The position numbers and the translations under genes are program-made. Shown one piece after another: positions 29,754-40,148 of a stretch of DNA of 64,000 nt (position 1 is the first letter of the stretch; each line of letters begins with the position of its first letter). Source of the stretch: an uncultured Acidobacteriota bacterium (lineage in GTDB: Bacteria; Acidobacteriota; UBA6911); the NCBI GenBank assembly GCA_963827655.1, contig CAWHCF010000036.1, forward strand, positions 96,001 to 160,000, written 5' to 3'. The notes beneath the pieces are model-generated. The model made no database searches. It was not told where the DNA came from and saw only the letters and a program-made list of their open reading frames with translations.

Positions 29754-32700
29754 TTACCAGGAGAGCAGCAATCGAATCTCGATCTCGCGGGTGGCTGCGC
29801 GCTCTAGATCCCCTTTGACGGCGGTGATCGTGCCGACGGTATTTGGCGCCGTGATATTCGCGTTCGGGTTACGGAAGTTCGGCCGGTTGAAAAGGTTTCT
29901 GCCGGCAAAGCCGAGTGTGAACTCGAAATCCTCGTAGAGCTGGAAGACCTTGAACAACCCGAGGTGCAGCGCGGAGAGCCCGGGTCCTTCAAGGATGTTG
30001 CGCCCGGTACTCCCGTAGCGCCCGGCGTTGACCGGCGGCACCGCAAACGCGGCGGCGTCGAACCAGCGATCGGGGGTCGGATCTGACAGGGCGCCGTCGG
30101 ACAACCGATCGGGCCGGCCCGTGAGCACCCCTGTGTTCGAAATGTCGCGCCCCGTGAACGTCGGGTGGAACCAGGACCCCGACTGAAGGAACAACGTCCA
30201 GGTCGTTTCCCAGCCACCGAGAACGCCGTTGACCAGGCCCGATGCGTCTCCCAGGAAACGGCGTCCCTTGCCGACCGGGATGGGCCAGAACGCGGTCCCG
30301 GTGAAGCGGTGCTGAAGCGCGTACTCCTCGCGCCCGCGCCACGCCCGGCGGTCAAACGGGTTTTCCAGCGAGGGTGCGACTTCGTCGCCCAGGTCGGGCG
30401 CGTCGGAGATCGTATTCGACCAGGTGTAGCCCACGTCGAACGAAAACGCCTGCAGCCGCCGTCGCGCCTCGATCTGAAAGCCGTGATAGGTGCTATTGCC
30501 GCCCTGGTCGAACAGCGTGATGTCGCCGTAGAGTGGATAGGGTCGCCGGCCCTGGCTGGCGGGCGTTGCGCTTGGAAGCGGGACGTTGATGTTGCGGCGG
30601 AACAGGAGACGCGTCCCCTTGGTCCCGATGTAGGAGGCTCGGAACCCGGTCTCGAAGTACTCCTTCTCCACGCTCAGGTTCCACTGGGAGACATACGGAT
30701 TCACGAGACCCGGTATTATCGCGTTGAGCGCCGGCGGAGTGGTCGACGGCCCTGCGGCCGTGCTGGTGAACGGCGTCGGGAACTGAAACAGTGGCTGCCC
30801 GCCCGTGATCTGGTTGACGAAGCGGTCGAGGCCGCGCGTGAAAGGCCCGCCGGTAAAGCTCGAGGCAACACCGTAGCCGATAAGGTCGTAGAAGGTGCCG
30901 TAGCCGCCCCGGACGACGAAGTCGTTTGACGCCGAAGGGCGGAAAGCGAAGCCGACCCGGGGTGCCCAGTTGTTCTGGTCGGAGTGCCAGAGGCTGTCGA
31001 GCGGGAAGGTCTCGCCATCGGCGACCACGATCGGAATCGTCGGGTTGAAGAGGGGGCTGACCTGGCTGAGCGCGTCTTCCGAGGCCAGGATCACGCGGCC
31101 ACTGGCCGGATCGAAGTTGTAGAGCGTATTGCGTCCATGCGTTGTCGGCGTCTGGTACTCGTAGCGGAGGCCGAGTTGCAGGGTCAGTCGCGGGCTGAGC
31201 TTGAAATCGTCCTGTACGAAGAAGCCCCACTGCGTCTGGCGCCGGAAGTCGTTCGGAGGCGGGTAGGCGCGCCGCGACTCCTGCGGCAATCCGAGGAGAA
31301 AGTCGCTGTAGGTGTTGCCGCTCAAGCCGCCCGTGAACAAAAACTGGCCGTACGTCCCGACCGGGATGTCGTTGTCGTACGGCAGCGCGCGCCGCACGTC
31401 CAGCCCCATCTTCCACGTGTGGCGGCCGCGCACCCAGGTAAGCGAGTCGGTGAGCTGCCCCTGCTGGTCGATCAGGACGGCCTGCCGGGTCTGCGTCAGG
31501 AGCTGAACCCCCCCTGAGCCGAAATCGAACACCGGCATACCGAACGCATCCGGCACATTCCCGATCCCCTGAATGCCGGCGTACGCGAGTACCTCGAGTC
31601 CCTTCTGTGGTCCGATGAACGGGTCCTGGCTGCGCACGAATCCGACCCGGAACTCGTTGACCAGGCGAGGCGTGAACGTATGGGTGTCACTTAAAACAGG
31701 GTTCCAGAACGTGCGCAGGCGGCTGAGAAAGCCGATCGTGGGAAGGCTCGACTCCATCTGGATCACCGGGAACTGCTGCCAGCCGAGCCGCGCGTAGAGC
31801 GTGTTGCGCGCGCCGATCTTCTGGTCGATCCGGACGTCGTAGTGCTCGTACTGCCCGGTGGCGTCGAACAGGATCCGGTGGTTGAGGGCGGTGAAGACAG
31901 CCGTGTTGCCGAAATTGGGCATCGGATAGAAGCGGTCCTGGATTCTCAGCGACTCGGGGCTGATGCGCGAAGCCGGAATGCGGTTTCCGTCGAAGGGCGC
32001 GCCCGTGAGCGGGTCTCGAATCGCGCCCAGACCGCTGAAGTCGCCGGCCCGCATCGCCGCCGTCGGAACAGTCGCGTTGGCCTCGCGGTTCCCGGGGGTG
32101 CGCCCGGCTTCGTACGAAACCAGGAAGAAGGTCCGGTTGCGTCCATCGTAGAGGTGCGGCAGGACGAGCGGACCGCCGGCGGAAAAACCGTATCGGTGGT
32201 TGCGTCCCTTGGGCCTCGTCGGCGAGAAGTACGGCCGCGCGTTAAGGACAGAATTCTCGTGCGAGTACTGGATGGTTCCATGGAACTCGTTCGTTCCGCC
32301 GTGCGAGATCTGCTGATAGATCCCGGACTGCGAGTACTCGGCGCTGTTGTTGACGGCCAGAACCTTCAGCTCGCGCGAGGCGCCGGTCGTCATCGAGGTC
32401 GAGCCCAGCGGCGTCCCCCCTCCGGAGCTTGCGATGCCGTCGATGTGGAATTCGTTCTGGGCGCCGCGGCTCCCGGCGATGGTGTAGACGAACGCGCTAG
32501 CGCCCGACGCGAAGGTCGGGACCGTTATGAGCGCCTCCCATGGCCGGTTCTGCGGGCTGTGAGCGGACTTCATCTGGACCTCCCAGTCGATGACATTTGC
32601 GATCGAAGGGGTCTCGCTCTCGACCACCGGCGAGTGGGCCTCTACCCGCATCTCATCGCGCAGTTCCCCCACCTCGAGGGCGACGTCGATCCGCACCGTC

Positions 32701-32999
32701 CGGCCGCTCTCCAGCACGACGCTGGGGCGCACAAAACGCTTGAAGCCGGCCAGCTCGGCCGAGATGGTATAGGTGCCCGGCACGAGGTTCGTCACCTCGT
32801 AACCGCCGTCTTCCTGGCTCAGGAAATCGCGCCGCCAGCCGGTTCCGTCGTTGGTGACGACAACCAGGACGCCGGGGACGGCACTTTGCGAGGGATCCCG
32901 CACGGTGCCCAGGATACGGCCCAAGCTGGTCTGGGCCCAGACAGTAGCGCTCGAAAGAGCCGCAAGGAACACTAAAATCCGAATCATTGCGCACATCAT
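29754..32999 (-). CDS. TonB-dependent receptor, Oar-like, with carboxypeptidase-regulatory-like N-domain
   Basis: GTVRDPS, GGTNEFHG, FVQDDFK, NNWAPRVGFAF, NLFNRPNF; terminal aromatic residue. Confidence 0.9.
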   Translation of the reverse strand: MMCAMIRILVFLAALSSATVWAQTSLGRILGTVRDPSQSAVPGVLVVVTNDGTGWRRDFLSQEDGGYEVTNLVPGTYTISAELAGFKRFVRPSVVLESGRTVRIDVALEVGELRDEMRVEAHSPVVESETPSIANVIDWEVQMKSAHSPQNRPWEALITVPTFASGASAFVYTIAGSRGAQNEFHIDGIASSGGGTPLGSTSMTTGASRELKVLAVNNSAEYSQSGIYQQISHGGTNEFHGTIQYSHENSVLNARPYFSPTRPKGRNHRYGFSAGGPLVLPHLYDGRNRTFFLVSYEAGRTPGNREANATVPTAAMRAGDFSGLGAIRDPLTGAPFDGNRIPASRISPESLRIQDRFYPMPNFGNTAVFTALNHRILFDATGQYEHYDVRIDQKIGARNTLYARLGWQQFPVIQMESSLPTIGFLSRLRTFWNPVLSDTHTFTPRLVNEFRVGFVRSQDPFIGPQKGLEVLAYAGIQGIGNVPDAFGMPVFDFGSGGVQLLTQTRQAVLIDQQGQLTDSLTWVRGRHTWKMGLDVRRALPYDNDIPVGTYGQFLFTGGLSGNTYSDFLLGLPQESRRAYPPPNDFRRQTQWGFFVQDDFKLSPRLTLQLGLRYEYQTPTTHGRNTLYNFDPASGRVILASEDALSQVSPLFNPTIPIVVADGETFPLDSLWHSDQNNWAPRVGFAFRPSASNDFVVRGGYGTFYDLIGYGVASSFTGGPFTRGLDRFVNQITGGQPLFQFPTPFTSTAAGPSTTPPALNAIIPGLVNPYVSQWNLSVEKEYFETGFRASYIGTKGTRLLFRRNINVPLPSATPASQGRRPYPLYGDITLFDQGGNSTYHGFQIEARRRLQAFSFDVGYTWSNTISDAPDLGDEVAPSLENPFDRRAWRGREEYALQHRFTGTAFWPIPVGKGRRFLGDASGLVNGVLGGWETTWTLFLQSGSWFHPTFTGRDISNTGVLTGRPDRLSDGALSDPTPDRWFDAAAFAVPPVNAGRYGSTGRNILEGPGLSALHLGLFKVFQLYEDFEFTLGFAGRNLFNRPNFRNPNANITAPNTVGTITAVKGDLERAATREIEIRLLLSW

Positions 33000-33134
33000 A
33001 GAGGTTCTCCTGTGACCGCAAGATTGCGTGGATATTTACGCCAGGGTAGAGATTCGATTTAAATAGCGGTAAAAGGCTGGACATGTCAAGGAGAAATCCT
33101 AACGGTGCTGGTTCAGGGAACTGTCGCCGTTTTT

Positions 33135-33156
33135 GTCTTCGCGTCTTCGTGGTGAA
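33135..33156. repeat. Short REP arm
   Basis: gtcttcgcgtcttcgtggtgaa. Confidence 0.6.
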
Positions 33157-33183
33157 TGCGGCCGGCATGATACCCTGGAGACC

Positions 33184-33798
33184 ATGACGCGCCATTTCTC
33201 GATGATCCGCGACTTCCACTTTGCGGACCTGCTCACTCTTGCTAACGGCGCCTGCGGGACGGCGGCGATACTCCTGGCCATGGACTACATGCGAGAAGGC
33301 TCCTCCGCCAAGCTGTACGCGGGCGGCACCTTTGTGGTGCTGGCCCTGGCGTTCGATGTGGCGGACGGACGGGTGGCCCGCTGGCGCCACCGCGCCTCGG
33401 CCATGGGCCGCGAGCTGGACTCCCTGGCCGACGTGATCAGTTTCGGCGTGGCGCCTGCCGCCCTCGGTTTTGCCGCCGGTCTCACCAGCCTGCTCGACGC
33501 GCTGGCTCTGCTCTACTTCGTGTGCTGCGGCATCAGCCGCCTGGCCCGCTACAACATCACCGCCGAGGCGATGTCCGCCGAAACCGGCAAGGTCTCGTAC
33601 TTCGAAGGAACGCCGATCCCATCCAGCGTCCTGCTGGTGGTCCTGCTGCTGGCGCTGACCTGGGCAGGCTTGAGCGGCCCGGACCTGCCGGGCGGGATCG
33701 TAAGGGTCAGCGGCTACGATCTCCATCTGCTGTCGCTGCTGTACGTTGTCTCCGGCTCTCTGATGATCAGCAAGACGCTGCACATCCCCAAGCCCTGA
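33184..33798 (+). CDS. pssA: CDP-diacylglycerol--serine O-phosphatidyltransferase
   Basis: DVADGRVAR...GRELDSLADVISFGVAP, RLARYN, FEGTPIP. Confidence 0.85.
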   Translation: MTRHFSMIRDFHFADLLTLANGACGTAAILLAMDYMREGSSAKLYAGGTFVVLALAFDVADGRVARWRHRASAMGRELDSLADVISFGVAPAALGFAAGLTSLLDALALLYFVCCGISRLARYNITAEAMSAETGKVSYFEGTPIPSSVLLVVLLLALTWAGLSGPDLPGGIVRVSGYDLHLLSLLYVVSGSLMISKTLHIPKP

Positions 33799-33858
33799 GA
33801 CAACCGCAATCGCTCGGGGTTTTCACCACGTGAGCCAGGGTGCGCCCGAACGAGTCGG

Positions 33859-34350
33859 CTAAGCAGTCACCCAAAGGGATCCTCCCAGCAAAGCGAGTCG
33901 CTTCGAGAATATTGCGTGCGCCATTTCTTGATGATCCGCCTTTACGGCTGGAAGCTCGCCCTCGAGCGAGGAATCGAGCCGGAGCTTCAGGCGGTGCTTG
34001 GCATTCACGTTTAGCAGGCGAACGGTCGCCCGCCCCGTTGGCGCCAGCCCCAGAATCATCCGCTCCTCGTATCGTGAAATGGTCCAGCCAAGTGTGCTCG
34101 ACGAGCGGTGGAAAAGAGTCACATTAGCCTGCGTCTGCGGATCAATACTGCTGAGATTCGGCCGCTTTGTATAGGTTGCAGCGATCACAGGCCAGGCAGA
34201 GATCGACCGGATTGTCGCCGCCGCCATCCTGCTTCGCGATGATGTGCTCGACGTGTGAAAGGAATGTGGACGGTATTCTCTGGCAGTCTGCAGTATTCGC
34301 AACAGCCACCGGCTCGCTGTCGGATCCAAGTTGCGAGCCGCGGGGTCCAA
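33859..34350 (-). pseudogene. HNH endonuclease with multiple frameshifts
   Basis: Pieces in different frames: QRAGGCCEYCRLP, HVEHIIAKQDGG..LACDRCNLYK, PNLSSIDPQT, PTGRATVRLL. Confidence 0.75.
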
Positions 34351-34359
34351 TACGACGTG

Positions 34360-34640
34360 TAACTCGGCGAGGAATGTCCTCGCCTTTGCCTTTAGAATGC
34401 CTACGCGAGATCAATGCTCTCGACGAACTCTTCGTACATCGGCCCGTTCCGCGATCGGAGAGTATCGCACTGTCATTGGCTTTCGTCGCCGCAGTTCAGT
34501 CGATGCGGGCCTGCGTTGCCGCATCAGGTCGGAGGTCGGCAACCCGCCTGGCAACCTCGGGTGGTCAGACACTCCGTGAATGGGTCAAGCGAATCGGTCA
34601 AGAACAGTGGCAGATGAACTTCATGATGTGAGTATAGCAT
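34360..34640 (-). pseudogene. Small helical partner gene upstream of the HNH, degenerate
   Basis: Pieces LDPFTECLT, PEVARRVADLRPDAATQARID, YEEFVESIDL, GILKAKARTFL. Confidence 0.5.
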
Positions 34641-34920
34641 GGGCAGGCAGGCTTGCCAGGGAACAGTGCAGGAGACTCGAGAGCATTTCAGGTCCCACTG
34701 ACAAAACCCCACGCGCCTCCCACTGCACGATGTTCCGCGCCGTATTGAAACCATCGATGGATCACACTGCGATAGGCGCACCCGAGACTTTAGCATCGAG
34801 TTCTGAATCTGCCCGATCGCTGGAGATCTCGCTCTAAAAAACCGCGACCTGATTTTGCACAAGACTGGAGAACTCGTGTAAGAATATTCTATCCGCTCAA
34901 ATCGTGGGAGAGGACATGAG

Positions 34921-35673
34921 ATGACTCAAAGCCAGACCTGGAATCCTGAGCGTTACGCGCGGAACGCGCGCTTCGTTTCGGACCTCGGCGCACCGGTGGT
35001 CGAGCTGCTCGCGCCACGAGCAGGCGAGCGGATTCTGGATCTCGGCTGCGGCGACGGCGCCCTGACCGTCCAGCTAGTAGCGGCCGGCTGCCGTGTCGTG
35101 GGCATGGATTCGAGCGCATCCCAGGTGGAGGCTGCGCGCGCGCTCGGCCTCGACGCCAGGGTCATGGATGCAAGCGACCTCCGCTTCAAGGAGGAGTTCG
35201 ACGCGGTCTTCTCGAATGCCGTACTTCACTGGATAAAGGCCCCTGACGCAGTCATCCAGGGGGTGTGGCGGGCTCTGGTTTCCGGAGGCCGCTTCGTGGC
35301 GGAGTTCGGCGGTCATGGCTGCGTGGCAACGATCGTCGCCGCCCTCGAGGCGGCGCTCCGGCGTCGAGGCATCGATCCGGCGCGCGTGCATCCCTGGTAC
35401 TTCCCGAACGTCGACGATTACGGTCCGCGTCTCGAGCTGGCTGGTTTCACGGTGCGCTATATCGCGCTCATCCCGCGCCCGACGCCGCTTCCAGGCGACA
35501 TTCTCGACTGGCTTGAGACCTTCGCCGAGAGCTTTACGGCCGCGCTTGCGCCTGAGGAGCGTCTGCCGTTTCTCGAAGAGGTGCGTGAGACGCTGCGACC
35601 GTTGCTCTGCAACAGCGAGGGAAAGTGGACCGCGGACTATGTTCGGCTGAGGTTCGCCGCCGACAAGAGGTAG
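34921..35673 (+). CDS. Class I SAM-dependent methyltransferase (trans-aconitate MT-like)
   Basis: ILDLGCGDG, FDAVFSNAVLHW, WTADYVRLRF. Confidence 0.9.
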   Translation: MTQSQTWNPERYARNARFVSDLGAPVVELLAPRAGERILDLGCGDGALTVQLVAAGCRVVGMDSSASQVEAARALGLDARVMDASDLRFKEEFDAVFSNAVLHWIKAPDAVIQGVWRALVSGGRFVAEFGGHGCVATIVAALEAALRRRGIDPARVHPWYFPNVDDYGPRLELAGFTVRYIALIPRPTPLPGDILDWLETFAESFTAALAPEERLPFLEEVRETLRPLLCNSEGKWTADYVRLRFAADKR

Positions 35674-35818
35674 AAATGCCTTTCAGAAGCGAAGCTATTT
35701 TCACATCGATGCCGGATGCAGACGCCTGACAAACCTGGCGGCCCGGGACCTCACTAGCAATTGCGCCGACCGAACGCGCGGGCCTATAATGCGGCCCAAC
35801 TCCCCCAGGAGGTCTTCG

Positions 35819-38800
35819 ATGACAATCCCAGCGCGTCGAATCTGCCTGGCAATCACTCTTGTCATAGTTTCCGCGGCCGCCGGCCGCGCACAGGTCGCCT
35901 CGCGGATCAGCGGAACGGTTCGCGACAGCTCCCAGGCGGCTCGTTCCCGGAGTTACCGTGACGGTGCGCGAGGCCAACCGCGGCACGACACACACCACCA
36001 TCACGAACGAGGTCGGCCGCTACTCTTTCTCCAATCTGACCGTTGGAGACTACGTGGTGACAGCCGAAATGGCCGGGTTCAAGCGGGCTGCGACCGGCAA
36101 AACCAAGCTGGACGTGAACCAGTCACTCGAGGTTGACATCACGCTCGAGCTCGGCGACGTGACCCAGGAAATCGAGGTCACGAGCGCGGCCCCGCTCCTG
36201 CAGACCAGCGATTCGCAGGTCGGCGGCCTGATCGAAAACAAGGAAATCGTCGAGCTGCCTCTCGCGGCGCGCGACTTCATGCAGCTCACGCTGCTCGCGG
36301 CGGGGGTCGTCGAATCGACAGGCAACAGCCGCCATCAGACCGAACGGGCCACCTGGGTCGGTTCATTCAGCGTCCACGGGCAGCACGCCACCTTCAACCA
36401 GTATCTGTTCGACGGGATTCCCGGGAAGGAAGCGGCGCACCAGACCAACATCTTCGCTCCCTCGATCGACGCGATCCAGGAGATCAAGATCGAGACCAGC
36501 AACTACAACGCCGAGTTCGGCAGCGAGGCCGGCGGGCACGTCAACGTGGTGACTCGATCGGGCACCAACACCCTGCACGGCACCGCGTTCGAGTTCCTGC
36601 GTAACGACAAGCTCGACGCCCGTGAGAAGTTCGCCGACCGCCGCTCGAAGCTCAACCGCAACACGTTCGGGGCCACGCTGGGCGGTCCGATCCGTCGCGA
36701 CCGGACCTTCTTCTTCGGCTCCTGGGAGTCGATGCGGCTCCGCCAGGGTTTTACGCAGGACACGACCGTCCCGACGCCGGCCTTCCGCGAAGGGGACTTC
36801 TCGGCGCTGCTCGGTACGGACTCCTCGAGCCCGCAGCCGATCCTGATCTACGACTGGACGACCGGGCAGCCGTTTCCAGGGAATATTGTTCCGCGCAACC
36901 GGATGCACCCGCTCCCGACCCGTTTCCTGGGCGAGTTCGTTCCGTTGCCGAACCGGGCCGGGCGCGGCGGCATCCGGCCGCTTTCAAACTACCAATCGCT
37001 CGAGCCTCAGAAGACCCATACCGATCAGTTCATTCTGCGCCTGGACCACGAGTTCAACCCGACCAACCGCTTCTACGCCCGCTACGTCATCAGCGATACC
37101 GACACGGTCGGACCCCCCGTCTGGCCCGCCTTCAGCTACAGCCACCTGCTGCGAGGGCAGCACATCGTGCTCAACTGGACTCGCACCCTGAGCCCGACCC
37201 GTGTTTTCGAGCTCCGCACGGGCTACAGCCGTTTCAATCAGAACGAACTGGTCGAGAGCGCCTTCACGCGCGATGTCTCGGAGGAGCTCGGCCTCAAGGG
37301 CACCTGCCGTGACCCGGCCTGCTGGCACGCTCCCTACTTCGTGGCCACCGACTTCAGCACGATGGGGAATCCGAACGGGGCGACGCTCGGGCAGGGAGTT
37401 TCCGGGCCGCGCGGGTGGAAGGACGAGATCTACCAGTTGCACACGACCATGTCGCTCGTGCACGGCCGCCACACGATCAAGTTTGGCTTCACGGGCAACC
37501 GCTACCGAGATACCTTCCCGGAGGCTATCCGGCCCGCCGGCCAACACGAGTTCAACGGCCAGTGGACCCGCGGCGCCGGCTCGGCGGGCTTCGCGCTGGC
37601 CGACATGCTGCTGGGATTGCCGCGCAGGATCCAGGCCAGCATCGACATCTTCGACCCGAATTTCCGAAACAACCAGATCATGCCCTGGTTCCAGGACGAC
37701 TGGAAGGTGACGCCCCGCCTGACGCTGAACCTCGGGATGCGCTACGAGTGGATGGGACGGCTTGTATCCAAGTACGACGCGATCTCGAACTTCTTCCAGA
37801 CCGGGCCGGCGACGGCCGTCATCATCACGCCGCAGGACACCGGCAAAGGGCACCCGTTCGTAAAGGCGCCGCCCGAGCTGGGCCGCAGCCTGCTCGAGAA
37901 CGACAACAATAACTTCGCGCCGCGGGTGGGCTTTGCCTACCAGGCGCGCCCGAACACAGTCGTGCGCGGGGCTTTCGGCCTCTTCTACCAGCGCGAGTCG
38001 TCGCAGCCCTGGATCGGCCTTTCACTCAACCCGCCTTTCATCCGGACCGGTGACGTCACGCTCGAGGCCAATGCCCAGTCGATCCGCGACTTCCCGGTCG
38101 ACGACCTGACCCCGGTGATCAACTTCGTCAGGCCCGGAAGCCGGCCGGCTGTGACCGGGATGAACATCGACTGGAAAGAAGCCTACGTGATGCAATGGAA
38201 CCTTTACGTCGAGCGCGCGTTCGGCAAAAGCCTGGTCGTCAAGACCGGATACGTCGGCAACCACGCGGTGGGGCTGCCGCGCAACAACGTGTCGCCGAAC
38301 GAGCCTCCGCCCGGCCCCGGCGATGTCCAGGCGCGCCGCCCCTTCCAGGACATCGGGGTCGTGACGCTGCGCTCAACCTCAGGCCAGTCCACCTACCACG
38401 GGCTCGAGGTCGAGGTCCAGAAGCGTTACAGCGCCGGCCTTTCCTTCATCTCCGCCTACACCTGGGCGAAGACCCTCGACAACCGCTCGATCCTGGACCT
38501 CTGGTTTGGTGGCAGCTCGAAGGCGCTCTCCTCGCTTCATGTCGCGCATCGCTTCAGCTACGCCGGGATCTGGGAGCTCCCGTACGGCCGCGGGCGCCGT
38601 TATGGCGCAGACGCGCCCGCCCTGGCCCGGGGACTGCTGGGCGGCTGGCAGGCCAGCGGCATCCTGGTGCTGCGCACCGGCTTTCCGCTCACCGTTGGAA
38701 TACCGGGTAACGTAGCCAACACGGGTGGCATCAGCCAGGTTCCAAACCGGATCCACGAGGCCAACCTGCCGGACTCCGAACGCACGGAAAACCGCTTTTT

Positions 38801-39083
38801 CGACACCGGCGCCTTCGTGCTCCCCGCGGCGTTCACACTCGGAAACGCCGGCATCAACCCGCTCATCGGCCCCGGCTTCTGGAACCTGGACCTGTCGCTG
38901 GGCAAGGTGTTCACAATTCGCGAGGCCCTGAATCTGCAGTTCCGGGCCGAGATCTTCAATGCGTTAAATCACCCGAATGACGGATCTCCCGGGACGACGC
39001 TGGGGACCGCCTCGTTCGGGCGGATCACCTCGACTTTCGGGGATCCCAGGGTAATGCAGTTTGGTCTCAAGCTGGTCTTCTGA
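35819..39083 (+). CDS. TonB-dependent receptor, Oar-like, frameshift near 35950
   Basis: RBS AGGAGG; signal peptide in ORF 35789; SGTNTLHG, QDDWKVTP, terminal QFGLKLVF. Confidence 0.88.
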
Positions 39084-39090
39084 CCGTGCG

Positions 39091-39366
39091 TGGCAAGCCT
39101 TGGTGTTTCTTCGTGTCTTTGAGTCTTAGGGCTCGCGCAGAAATAACTTCACATTCTGGCGCGAGAGTCGGTGGTCAATCATGAACCGGTTTCTTCGCTA
39201 AGCACGGTGAGGATCGCGCCCCTTCGGGCTGCGGCCGCAGCCCGCTGGCTTTGTTGCTCGCTCCTCACGTACCGCACCGGGTACGCATCGTCGCTCGCGC
39301 CTCGCCAGCGGGCCTGGGGGCCTGCAGCAGAATGCGAACTTATTTCTGCACGAACCCTTAGTGGTT
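39091..39366. repeat. Lone REP left arm interrupted by a MITE
   Basis: tggcaagccttggtgtttcttcgtgtctttgagtcTTA[MITE]TTAgtggtt. Confidence 0.88.
39129..39357. mobile_element. 229-bp MITE with 30-bp TIRs and TTA target duplication
   Basis: GGGCTCGCGCAGAAATAACTTCACATTCTG versus reverse complement of the right end GGGTTCGTGCAGAAATAAGTTCGCATTCTG (26/30); TTA at 39126-39128 and 39358-39360. Confidence 0.88.
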
Positions 39367-39387
39367 GGTGGGATTTGCCGGCCGAAC

Positions 39388-40050
39388 TTACTTCCGTTTC
39401 AGCTTGTCGCGCAGCCGCTTGAGGTCGACTCCAGAGTCGCGCAGGAGCTTGGCCGCCGGCGAGCCTTCGTACCTCAGGAGAGCGAGCAGGACATGCTCGC
39501 TGCTGGCCGACTTGTGGCCAAGCTGCGCCGCCTCCTCCATCGCATACTTGAGAATCTCCTGTACCTCTGCTGACAACCCGAATGAGCTCACAAAACCGAA
39601 GCCGAACGGTTGCTTGGTTACTTCCACCTCCTCGGCTTCACCAGGCGGGGCTTCGAGTTCATCGCGCAGCGCCGAAATATTGACACCCGTTTGCTGCAGA
39701 ATCCTGGCGGCCAGACACTCTCCGTCCTCCAGCAACGCGAGCAGGATCAACTCGGGGGTGATCGCGTTCTGTGCCCGCTCTTTCGCTTTCTGCGCGACTC
39801 GCCCGAGCGCAGCCTTGGAGGCGTCGCTGAAAGGGAGGTCGATATTTATCGGAATCTCTTTTTCGTGCCGGGGAACCTGCGCCCGAATTTGATCGCGAAC
39901 TTCATGAAGACGGAAGAGAATGCCGCGGCTCTCCCGCAGGATTCCCAGCAGGAGGTGTTCCGTGTCGATTGTCGGCGAACCGAACTCACTGGCCTCGTAA
40001 CGCGCGAAGAAAATCACGCGCCTCGCCTTTTCAGTGAATCGCTCGAACAT
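39388..40050 (-). CDS. Stand-alone Clp N-terminal repeat domain protein
   Basis: MFERFTEKARRVIFFARYEA..TEHLLLG; three ClpN repeats; no AAA+ domain. Confidence 0.85.
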   Translation of the reverse strand: MFERFTEKARRVIFFARYEASEFGSPTIDTEHLLLGILRESRGILFRLHEVRDQIRAQVPRHEKEIPINIDLPFSDASKAALGRVAQKAKERAQNAITPELILLALLEDGECLAARILQQTGVNISALRDELEAPPGEAEEVEVTKQPFGFGFVSSFGLSAEVQEILKYAMEEAAQLGHKSASSEHVLLALLRYEGSPAAKLLRDSGVDLKRLRDKLKRK

Positions 40051-40148
40051 AATCGTTCCTTCAGACAATGGTTCCGCGTGAATCGGGCAGGACGACCGGC
40101 GTTATCGTCCACAACGACGCTCATTATGAGGGAAGTAACGGATCGACT

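Noticed and set aside
33148-33830. pssA flanked by inverted CGTGGTGAA/TTCACCACG
   Set aside because: Only 9 bp on the right side, too short to call a split repeat.
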